Shown here: positions 1 through 7,362 of the stretch, in pieces
How positions within the stretch are numbered: position 1 is the stretch's first letter
Layout of the letters: each line of letters opens with the position of its first letter
Source: a virus
Strand: one strand, 5' to 3'
DNA length: 42,509 nt
Virus record (IMG/VR): IMGVR_UViG_3300010939_000103
Made by a program: the position numbers and the translations under genes
The notes under the pieces: model-generated
Told to the model about the DNA's origin: nothing
The model's input: the letters and a program-made list of their open reading frames with translations, nothing else
Database searches by the model: none

Positions 1-105
1 ACGTCCTCAGCGCCAAGGCCCAACTCGACGATACCGTAGAACTGGAGGTGACCTACATAGGTGACCGCTCAGACATCCCAGAGTCCAAGGTCAACTGTCC
101 TGACT
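1..105. repeat. Direct terminal repeat, left copy (identical to 42405..42509)
   Basis: The first 105 nt (acgtcctcagcgcc...caactgtcctgact) recur exactly as the last 105 nt of the window. Confidence 0.97.
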
Positions 106-212
106 GCGGGAGCTTCTATACCTACAAAGGTCTAGTCAACTTGCATCCGCGTGAAACCGCCTACTTCTGTTGCAGTTGCGGTTCCATATTCGAGGAAGGG
201 AGGTTCTTCTAA
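3..212 (+). CDS. 3' part of a wrap-around small zinc-ribbon protein (starts at 42395)
   Basis: The frame is continuous with the ATG at 42395 through the terminal repeat. It reads ...KVNCPDCGSFYTYKGLVNLHPRETAYFCCSCGSIFEEGRFF, with TAA at 210-212. The cysteines form a CxxC...CxxC pattern. It is absent from the ORF track because there is no start codon at the left end. Confidence 0.6.
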   Translation, partial: VLSAKAQLDDTVELEVTYIGDRSDIPESKVNCPDCGSFYTYKGLVNLHPRETAYFCCSCGSIFEEGRFF

Positions 213-394
213 ATATCCTTTAAGCGTCCCTACAAATCAAGGCCAGGGGCTAATGCTAAGTCGAGGCATCCCAAGCCCAACAAGAAGAATAGGATTGACC
301 GAAAGCGCCAACAGGAGGCTCGGCTGTCTTATTCCAGAAGGGCTACGGAGAAACAGCACAGGTCAGACCAGAGAAATGAGCCTAAGGTGGAAGC

Positions 395-841
395 ATGAGA
401 GAAATCTACGGCGATTTCTTTAACTTACCCTTCCGGTATAAGCTGGTCACCACCAACGGTGACGTGAACATGTATGGTAGGGCTGTAATGGGTAGAGGTA
501 TTGCGCTAGAGGCACGACTCCTGCATCCTAACCTCGACGTGATACTGGCAACAAGGCTCAAGGATGAGGGCCTAACTGTTTCCTACATAGGACTTTTCGG
601 TGAGGTAAATTATTACAGCTTTCCCGTAAAGTACCACTGGCGAGAGCGAGCGGTACCTTCCCTAATCCAGAAGTCCTGTGATAGGCTCCATGTAATAGCT
701 GCAAGCCATCCCGAGACCTCGTATCTTCTACCCCGCCCTGGCTGTGGTAACGGAGGACTGGACTGGCGAGACGTTGAACCTCTATGCAGAAACCTACCAG
801 ACAACGTATTCGTGGTAACTCGATACGAAGGGAGGAGGTAA
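395..841 (+). CDS. Macro-domain (ADP-ribose binding/hydrolase-like) protein
   Basis: 148 aa. LVTTNGDVNMYGRAVMGRGIALEA and PRPGCGNGGLDW match the N..G(x)GIA and GxGxGG phosphate-binding loops of macro domains. Confidence 0.7.
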   Translation: MREIYGDFFNLPFRYKLVTTNGDVNMYGRAVMGRGIALEARLLHPNLDVILATRLKDEGLTVSYIGLFGEVNYYSFPVKYHWRERAVPSLIQKSCDRLHVIAASHPETSYLLPRPGCGNGGLDWRDVEPLCRNLPDNVFVVTRYEGRR

Positions 842-1018
842 TTGATAATCATAAGCTGGATTCTCTTTATCTATGGTCTCCTTGCCATAGTCGCTGCGCT
901 GTCCAGATGGAGAGTGGTACCATACCTGATGGCGGTAACTAGAGGTCACTGGCTCTTTGGTATCATAATCTCCTATCTGATATCGTTCCACGCCTGGCAG
1001 GTAATTACTGGTGACTAA
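842..1018 (+). CDS. Small two-TM membrane protein (TTG start)
   Basis: 58 aa, below the track cutoff. TTG lies directly after the upstream TAA and is preceded by GGAGGAGG (831-838). The translation LIIISWILFIYGLLAIVAALSRW...HWLFGIIISYLISFHAW has two hydrophobic helices. Confidence 0.45.
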   Translation: MIIISWILFIYGLLAIVAALSRWRVVPYLMAVTRGHWLFGIIISYLISFHAWQVITGD

Positions 1019-1039
1019 TTTCGTAAGTGTCACCAGCGG

Positions 1040-1068
1040 TTGACAAGCACACAACTTTATGGTATAAT
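1040..1068 (+). promoter_or_regulatory. Consensus sigma70 promoter P1 (TTGACA-17-TATAAT, extended -10 TGg)
   Basis: TTGACA is at 1040-1045, followed by a 17-nt spacer and TATAAT at 1063-1068, with TGG immediately before the -10. An 8-bp inverted repeat CTGGTGAC/GTCACCAG (1008-1015 / 1029-1036) abuts the -35. Confidence 0.75.
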
Positions 1069-1098
1069 TATACCACATCAAAGGAGGTTCACCTAGCT

Positions 1099-2088
1099 AT
1101 GCAGCAGTCCACAGCCCTGATAGTCCCTGAAAGGCGTCACTATCTTGTCCCTGCCAACATCAATCGCCTGCTAAAGGTGATAGATGCAATGACCAACGCC
1201 GGCGAAATCCGCAACGTGTTGGTCAAGGGTCCGCAAGGTAGTGGCAAGTCGGACCTAGTAACCCAGTTCGCAGCCACTAGAAAGCGACCGCTCGCAACGT
1301 TGGAGGTTGGGCGTCTGTCAGAGTCCACCCAAATCTTTGGACAGATGCAACTCCGCGATGGCAAAACCGTCTACGAGTCTGGCCTTTTCACGGAGGCCCT
1401 CCAGACCCCCCACGCAGTAATCCATCTTCAGGAAATCAACCGCCCAGAAACCGACAAGGCGCTCAACGCCATCTTCTCTGTACTGGACCCCACGTTCAGG
1501 AACATCTATATGGATGAAATGCACGCTACCATCAAGGTGGCTGAAGGCGTGACGTTCTTCGCAACCATGAACGAGGGCTTTGAGTTCATCGGCACCATGC
1601 CTCTCGACGCAGCGTTGGAGAACCGCTTTGCCATCAAGCTGAACCTCAGCTACCTTCCTCCTGAGCAAGAGCGTGGTCTCATAGCCATCCGCACAGGGTT
1701 AAACCCAGGCCTTACCGTTAGCCTGATTTCCATGATTACCAGAATCCGCAACAACCCCCAGGCTCCTATCACGGTAAGCATTCGAGACTCCCTAGCGATG
1801 GCAGAACTGATGGCCTATGGGCTAAGCGTGGCGGATGCCATCCGCACGGTGATAGGCTCCGACAAGGACAAACTAGAGTCTCTCCTTGCGACTGAACACA
1901 TGGCTGGTCACGACGTAAGCTTTGCCTCAGATGAGGCTTACGAGTTGATGTCACCTCCAGATGCCCGACCTGTGCAGATTACCACTGAGGGCTTTGGAAT
2001 AACTAGCCCCGCTAACACCTATGAAGGCTATAAGGGGCCAGTCGTTACTAGTGCTGATATTCCCCGCGACCAAATGAGGCTCTCCTAA
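1099..2088 (+). CDS. AAA+ ATPase, MoxR/CobS-like
   Basis: Walker A is GPQGSGKS and the Walker B-like segment is AVIHLQEINRPE. The ATG at 1099 lies downstream of P1 and of AAGGAGG (1081-1087). The track start at 1027 lies upstream of the promoter. Confidence 0.88.
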   Translation: MQQSTALIVPERRHYLVPANINRLLKVIDAMTNAGEIRNVLVKGPQGSGKSDLVTQFAATRKRPLATLEVGRLSESTQIFGQMQLRDGKTVYESGLFTEALQTPHAVIHLQEINRPETDKALNAIFSVLDPTFRNIYMDEMHATIKVAEGVTFFATMNEGFEFIGTMPLDAALENRFAIKLNLSYLPPEQERGLIAIRTGLNPGLTVSLISMITRIRNNPQAPITVSIRDSLAMAELMAYGLSVADAIRTVIGSDKDKLESLLATEHMAGHDVSFASDEAYELMSPPDARPVQITTEGFGITSPANTYEGYKGPVVTSADIPRDQMRLS

Positions 2089-4010
2089 TGACCACCCCAA
2101 CAAGCCTCACTGAACCCCTGTCCCATAACTGGAGGATAAATACCTCCGACATACCAGCCATAGAACTGGCCAATGCCCTGCGTGGACTTGCTAAGGTGGT
2201 TGGAATACTGGACAAGGACACCAAAGATGTGGTCTTTTCCACATCGTCCTTCAACTCCCATAAGCACGGCATAGTGGCTATAGACGCGGCCTATGCCCTA
2301 AAGAAACAGCCAATATCAGTAGCGGATTTTGATGTCCTCACAGGGCTAGCCGTCCACGAGGCTGGTCATACGGTAATTGATTCCCATAGAGTTGCCCACA
2401 CCGGGGACCTCGATAAGCAAGGCATTAACGTCAGCGACGACGAGATAACCATAGCCCACGTTTCCGCTGTTGGCGAGGATATCTATAACGACAACTATAT
2501 CCGTCGCCACCACCCAGTACCCTTCCGTTACATTCAACGAGCCCGGAGGGCCTACGGTGCCGACCAAAAGGACATCAACTGGGCTCGCTCCATGATAGCT
2601 TGGACCGCAACCGTGCTCTACGGCAAGCTACCTTACGATAAGACACCACCTCGCGTTATGCAAGCCCTGGCCATCCTTATGACCTATACATCAGACCTTT
2701 CATCCAGGGACATACGACCGGTATCAAGGGAGGTCATATACCAGCGAATCTACAATGACCTAAAGCCCCTGATAGAAGGAGAGCAAATCCGTAAGAAGCT
2801 ATCCTCCAAAGGTGCAGAGGTAGGCGACGAGCACAAGGAAACTTGGGAGGACAATCTTCAAGCGGATAACGCTGAGCAGGAGGTCTTTGACAGGCCAGAA
2901 GTTAAAGCCAACGAGCCGCCGGAGAAGGAGAATGCTGAGGAAGATGCTAGTGAACCTACCGCTGAAGGTCCTGATGGTGAGGGTTCTGGGATTCCGTCTA
3001 ATGAAGCTCCTCCCGAGGGGCCTAAGGGCAAAACTACACCTTCGGAAAACCCAGCAGGAGATGCAGACGATGCTGAGGAAGATGAGTTAGGCGATTCGGA
3101 GGAGGGAGAACAGGATGATAAGGACGTGGAAGCTGAACCACCTAGAGGAGTAGAACTTCTCAACTCTACCCATACCCCCATCGACAAGAAACTCCGCAAG
3201 GCCATCAAGGAAGCCTACGAAAGTGATGCCGAGGATATGACCCAGGACATACAGGATATCCTCGAGGAGTACGAAGTAGATAAGTCAGGGCTTCAAGAAC
3301 GCCTAGGCAAAGGTAGTCTCTCGGTAGTTTGGAGCCGGCCTAACCGCAAACCTAACTCTGCCTTCGACCCTAATCTCTATAGGCAGTTGGTTTGGGTCCA
3401 GCAAATCCGCAATACCCTAGGCAAGGAAATTTACCGCGCAGAACCTCAGGGCAGGGTGGATGCCCACCGCCTCTACCGCGCTCCCATAGACGGCAACGCT
3501 TTCAAGGTAACTAGACGAAAGCCTCGAAAGGACTTGGACCTCGTACTGCTACTTGATGCCTCAGGCTCCATGAACAGCGACGCTAACTCCATCTACGAAG
3601 CCGCGAGAGCCCTCTATAAAGCCCTACCCATGGCCAACGTGGTAACCTACAGTGCAATGGGCTCCAACGTTGACCTACAGCACGTGGCTCGTAAGGGTGA
3701 ACCCTTCAAGTCATTTGAATGTAACGGTGGTACTCCATCTGGGATGGCTCTACTAGCCACGGCCAAGATGTTCCCTAAGAGCCTCATTATCCACTTCACT
3801 GATGGCGGCAGCAACACCGACCTAAGACCCTCCGATGCCTTCCCCATCATCGCCAGGGAATTCCCAGAGGTCCAGATAGTGGATATTGTGCAGAGAGGCG
3901 CACGTGTGGAAAGCACATCGCCCAACGTAAGTAGGGTAAACATTACCTCACCCAACGAGTTTCCGGAGGTTTTGAAGAAGGCCTTGCGTCCCTGGTACCA
4001 AGCGGCATAA
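2088..4010 (+). CDS. HExxH (zincin-like) N-domain + acidic linker + C-terminal vWA domain protein (CobT / DUF2201-like partner of the AAA+ ATPase)
   Basis: 640 aa. The start overlaps the upstream stop (TAATG). The N-terminal part carries AVHEAGHTV. A long Asp/Glu/Pro-rich low-complexity stretch follows. The MIDAS motif reads LLLDASGSMNS, with downstream GGTPSG and FTDGGSN. Confidence 0.85.
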   Translation: MTTPTSLTEPLSHNWRINTSDIPAIELANALRGLAKVVGILDKDTKDVVFSTSSFNSHKHGIVAIDAAYALKKQPISVADFDVLTGLAVHEAGHTVIDSHRVAHTGDLDKQGINVSDDEITIAHVSAVGEDIYNDNYIRRHHPVPFRYIQRARRAYGADQKDINWARSMIAWTATVLYGKLPYDKTPPRVMQALAILMTYTSDLSSRDIRPVSREVIYQRIYNDLKPLIEGEQIRKKLSSKGAEVGDEHKETWEDNLQADNAEQEVFDRPEVKANEPPEKENAEEDASEPTAEGPDGEGSGIPSNEAPPEGPKGKTTPSENPAGDADDAEEDELGDSEEGEQDDKDVEAEPPRGVELLNSTHTPIDKKLRKAIKEAYESDAEDMTQDIQDILEEYEVDKSGLQERLGKGSLSVVWSRPNRKPNSAFDPNLYRQLVWVQQIRNTLGKEIYRAEPQGRVDAHRLYRAPIDGNAFKVTRRKPRKDLDLVLLLDASGSMNSDANSIYEAARALYKALPMANVVTYSAMGSNVDLQHVARKGEPFKSFECNGGTPSGMALLATAKMFPKSLIIHFTDGGSNTDLRPSDAFPIIAREFPEVQIVDIVQRGARVESTSPNVSRVNITSPNEFPEVLKKALRPWYQAA

Positions 4011-4028
4011 TTCCCGAGGTCATATCCT

Positions 4029-4781
4029 ATGCGCATCTTTTCGCTCCAGGACCTCTTGATATGGAAACCCGCCCCAGTCAAGCAAGTTATAGGTAGTGGG
4101 GTCCTCCTAGCCCAGACCAAGCTGGTAATCTTTGGGGCTCCTAAAACTATGAAGAGCCTCATTGCCCAGCAACTAGCCTTCTGCCTCGGCACAGGCTCCC
4201 CATGGCTCGGCTTCTCCACGGAAATGTCCCGTATCCTCTACGTACAAGGTGAGATTAGCCAGATACCTTTCCGCGGCAGAGTAGTCCAAATGAGCCGTAA
4301 CGCCACCCTGCCCCCCAACGCCCTGCACTTCGCCACAGAGTTTGGACTAAAGCTCGACCGAGACTCTGGAATGGACGAACTTAAGAAGGGGCTTGATTCC
4401 ATAGCACGTAGGTACAAGGCCCCTATAGAAGTGCTAATGGTAGACCCGCTCTATAAGTTCGTCTCAGATTCCAGTGAAAGCTCCATACAGAGGATGGTTG
4501 ATAACCTTGATATCCTACTGGATAGAGAGAACATCACCCTAGTCATGGTCCACCACTCCCGCAAAGCCCAACTCACAAGCTCAGGGGCTGTGGTTGATAT
4601 GGGCGGTGCAGAGTTGAGAGGCCCCCTTATCGAACAATGGGCTGACTCCATCATAAGGGTGAGAGGCGATATAAGCAGTGACCATAGGGTTCTTGACTTT
4701 GAACTCCGCAACGCCACCTCACTCCTTAATCCCATAAACATAGAACTGGACCGCAAGCGTCTTTGGTTCAACACAGTATAG
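4029..4781 (+). CDS. RecA-fold ATPase (AAA_25 / RepA-DnaB-C-terminal-like), probable replicative helicase or loader
   Basis: Walker A is GAPKTMKS, Walker B is IEVLMVDPLY, and LVMVHHSRK follows. Confidence 0.75.
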   Translation: MRIFSLQDLLIWKPAPVKQVIGSGVLLAQTKLVIFGAPKTMKSLIAQQLAFCLGTGSPWLGFSTEMSRILYVQGEISQIPFRGRVVQMSRNATLPPNALHFATEFGLKLDRDSGMDELKKGLDSIARRYKAPIEVLMVDPLYKFVSDSSESSIQRMVDNLDILLDRENITLVMVHHSRKAQLTSSGAVVDMGGAELRGPLIEQWADSIIRVRGDISSDHRVLDFELRNATSLLNPINIELDRKRLWFNTV

Positions 4782-4798
4782 GATAATGCACCTAACTC

Positions 4799-4827
4799 TT
4801 GACAAGCACTTCCCTCTGTGCTATAAT
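4799..4827 (+). promoter_or_regulatory. Consensus sigma70 promoter P2 (TTGACA-17-TATAAT)
   Basis: TTGACA is at 4799-4804 and TATAAT at 4822-4827. It shares the 11-mer TTGACAAGCAC with P1, and TGC precedes the -10. Confidence 0.75.
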
Positions 4828-4925
4828 AAGTGTAGGAGATAGTTTCTCTGGAAATTAGTCTATGGCATAAGTATATACCATTCTTATCTATAGACAACTA
4901 GAGGAGCGGAGGAAGGCAACAAAAT

Positions 4926-5417
4926 ATGAAGGCAATCTGGGCAAAGCGACAAACCAAGTGTTCCTACTGTGGGGACTTCATCCTGAAGGGGATGAAGCGG
5001 GTGGATGAACTGATAGTGGGACACGGTGGGTCTTACATCCGTGTGCATTACCATTGGGAAAATCCACCGTGCTTCCAGCTCAAGGTTGATGGGTGGTTCA
5101 TGGCCAACCCATTTGAGGAAACCCACACTAATGGCCGCAAGCCAACCCTTGACCTGATACCTGAGGATAGGATTTATAGAAAGAAACTCCTCACTAGGAT
5201 GTCCGCGCTTAGGGCATACTACATGCCTAGACTAAACCTACAGTCCAGTGTTGAAGGCTTATCAGAGAAGGACCTTAAGAGGTTGGAAGCCTTCGCCAAG
5301 CAGTTCGATGCCATAAGGGCTGAGTTAGAAGGAGTAGGTGGTGTCCCTCAAAAGTACCAAGGTCCTTCCCTCGCGCAATCGCTAGGACAGCCTACCCAGC
5401 TTGCCAAGGCAGGATAG
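4926..5417 (+). CDS. Hypothetical protein with N-terminal CxxC
   Basis: 163-aa ORF preceded by GGAGCGGAGGAAGG. It is flanked by an inverted 13-nt repeat (4883-4897 / 5427-5440). Confidence 0.7.
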   Translation: MKAIWAKRQTKCSYCGDFILKGMKRVDELIVGHGGSYIRVHYHWENPPCFQLKVDGWFMANPFEETHTNGRKPTLDLIPEDRIYRKKLLTRMSALRAYYMPRLNLQSSVEGLSEKDLKRLEAFAKQFDAIRAELEGVGGVPQKYQGPSLAQSLGQPTQLAKAG

Positions 5418-5553
5418 AGTAATTCCTTGTCTATAGATAGATAAGGAGTATACTTACACCGTAGCCAAAATTCCAGAACTGGAGGTTTTGAAATGAAATA
5501 GTTATCCAGAAGTTTTGGTCTAGGCAGAAAAACCATGAAAGGAAAGAAAGGTT

Positions 5554-6408
5554 ATGCAACAGCAACCAGTTCAGCCGACAGCGGCAAGTTCATTTGACCA
5601 GGGCTTAAAGCCCAGTTGGCGGGGGTTGAAGTCAGGTAGTCGTTCACCCCTCGTAGAGTTTGTGGCCACTCTAAGGTCTTGGGGAATAGCCCCAAGCTCC
5701 TTTGGTGGTTCCAATGTTCAGTTCGACTTTGTCAACCTGCAGGTGATAAGGTCGGACTCGCCCTATCCCTATGCAGAGGCGATAGTAGAAATCAAGTACA
5801 GCGACCAAGTGAACAGCGGTTGGGGTAGGCTCGGTAAGTCCATAGCAAACGCTCTGAGCACTGATATCAACTACCTCGATGTGGACCAGTTGATAGGCCA
5901 GATTCTCCACTGGGTCCGCCATGACGATGTTCAGTTCGGTAAGGATAAGGAAGGAGCGCCTATCGTTGGGTCCGTCTTTGAGATGGTAGCCATTGTCCAG
6001 CCAGGGCAAACGGTTACTCCGGTGGGGCAGCAAGCACCACCGGTCGCAGAGGCTGTAGCCTATGCCCCTAATACTGTAGTGGCGCCTCCTCCTGCTCCAC
6101 CCGCCACCAGTGTAGCCGCTCAACCTGTGATTGTGGCAACGCCTCCTACTGCTGAGGCTGTAGTAGCCAACGCAGCGGGTACAACGGTGGCGGCAGCATC
6201 GGCGGTAGACCCCAAGATTCATGCGCTAACTCTCCTACACACCAGAAACAAGGCGCAGTTCTTCCAAGTGGCGTTGCCAGACCCCATCATTAGGAGTGAC
6301 CAGGCTCTGGTGGATGCTATCCTATCCGACTCGTTTATCCAGAGCAGGCTGGCCGAGGGCAGCATTACCCAGATGCCCGACGAGACTTACTCGGTGGCGG
6401 GCATGTAA
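5554..6408 (+). CDS. Hypothetical protein with Ala/Pro-rich linker (possible ssDNA-binding/DUF669-like by position only)
   Basis: 284-aa ORF with a globular N-domain, then PPVAEAVAYAPNTVVAPPPAPPATS low complexity, then a C-terminal domain. The function is not recognised. Confidence 0.65.
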   Translation: MQQQPVQPTAASSFDQGLKPSWRGLKSGSRSPLVEFVATLRSWGIAPSSFGGSNVQFDFVNLQVIRSDSPYPYAEAIVEIKYSDQVNSGWGRLGKSIANALSTDINYLDVDQLIGQILHWVRHDDVQFGKDKEGAPIVGSVFEMVAIVQPGQTVTPVGQQAPPVAEAVAYAPNTVVAPPPAPPATSVAAQPVIVATPPTAEAVVANAAGTTVAAASAVDPKIHALTLLHTRNKAQFFQVALPDPIIRSDQALVDAILSDSFIQSRLAEGSITQMPDETYSVAGM

Positions 6409-6504
6409 CAATAAGCGGTGTCGGGGGTCAGGATTTTGGAGGAGGGCTCCAAATCTTATGAAAGGACATACATGTGACCCCCGGCACTAATAAAGGAGGT
6501 TGAA

Positions 6505-6654
6505 ATGCTCTACGAAGTAGCCGTGATGAGAGTGGATGGTGTGGTAGCGGACCAAGTGCTTCAGGTACCCATAGAGGCGCCTACGATTCACGCAGCTTTG
6601 GCTAAGGTGCTTTCCATACTGCCTGTTAATGCTCCTGTGGAAGAAGGTAAGTAG
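6505..6654 (+). CDS. Small hypothetical protein (49 aa)
   Basis: The ATG follows AAGGAGG (6493-6499) with the phage-typical spacer ttgaa. It is below the ORF-track cutoff. Confidence 0.4.
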   Translation: MLYEVAVMRVDGVVADQVLQVPIEAPTIHAALAKVLSILPVNAPVEEGK

Positions 6655-6794
6655 TAGCTTCCCGAAGGCCAAGGGCAACCACGTTATGGCGCATAGTGAG
6701 AGGCCTGCGGAACAGAACATTTGCCCGGCGGCGGGTTGTGGTTGCAGCCGTAATAATTTGAAACCGCCTAGGGAAATCAAGTCCGAGGTGCAAA

Positions 6795-7169
6795 GTGACT
6801 ACAGAATTGGAATGGGCCTACCTGGCAGGACTGATAGACGGAGACGGCCATGTGAGGGCCAAACTCATGCAGGCTCCAGATGGTAGGCTGAGAAGAGATA
6901 TAGTTATTTGCATTGCCCAGGGCAATATGCACCTTGAGGTGATAGAGTGGCTTTGCGAGCATATAGATGGTGGAAGGGTGTATTCCCAAGGTGACAATGC
7001 CACACAATGGCGTGTTAATAAGCTGAGAGACTTCGACCTAATACTATCGAGGATACTACCATATGTAGTACTAAAGAAGCCAGAGGTTGAGTCGGCACTT
7101 ATTATGGTAGAGGGTCGTAGGGAATTCCTGAGGCGAAGGGCCTTAGGGGAAACCTTCAACGGAGGTTGA
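6795..7169 (+). CDS. LAGLIDADG homing endonuclease, single-motif (homodimer type), free-standing
   Basis: 124 aa with a GTG start. The N-terminus WAYLAGLIDGDGHV is a canonical LAGLIDADG motif. The stop lies 1 nt before the next ATG. Confidence 0.85.
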   Translation: MTTELEWAYLAGLIDGDGHVRAKLMQAPDGRLRRDIVICIAQGNMHLEVIEWLCEHIDGGRVYSQGDNATQWRVNKLRDFDLILSRILPYVVLKKPEVESALIMVEGRREFLRRRALGETFNGG

Positions 7170-7170
7170 G

Positions 7171-7362
7171 ATGGAAAGAGAGGATTCTCTGATAGCGGCC
7201 ATTAGGCTGTTAAAAGAGCGAGGAATCACGTTGATAGAGGGCTATGCAGCAAGCCTTGATATGGACTATGAAGCCGAACTGGTTAAGGGGATCCTAGATG
7301 ATGGTAAGATAGATACCTTTATAAGGGTGGAACTAAGAGAGATCCTTAATGCCAGTAACTAG
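7171..7362 (+). CDS. Hypothetical protein
   Basis: 63-aa ORF preceded by GGAGGTTGAG immediately upstream. Confidence 0.6.
   Translation: MEREDSLIAAIRLLKERGITLIEGYAASLDMDYEAELVKGILDDGKIDTFIRVELREILNASN

Noticed and set aside
151-423. 90-aa track ORF bridging the zinc-ribbon ORF and the macro-domain gene
   Set aside because: Its GTG start lies inside the zinc-ribbon ORF. It overlaps both neighbouring genes, has no RBS, and gives an Arg/Ser/Pro-rich translation.
1027-1098. Upstream extension of the AAA+ ATPase ORF (track start at 1027)
   Set aside because: The extension would begin upstream of the consensus promoter P1 and contain it. The ATG at 1099, downstream of AAGGAGG, is the more parsimonious start.
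6418-6487. 13-bp stem (one G-U pair) with a 44-nt loop after gene 5554..6408, as an intrinsic terminator
   Set aside because: No U-tract follows, and the loop is too large for a canonical terminator. It may still be a processing or regulatory structure, but the evidence is insufficient.
6655-7170. Group I intron or intein housing the LAGLIDADG ORF
   Set aside because: The flanking ORFs (6505..6654 and 7171..7362) do not look like halves of one gene. The endonuclease stop lies 1 nt before the next ATG, leaving no room for 3' intron structure. No intein splice blocks are present.
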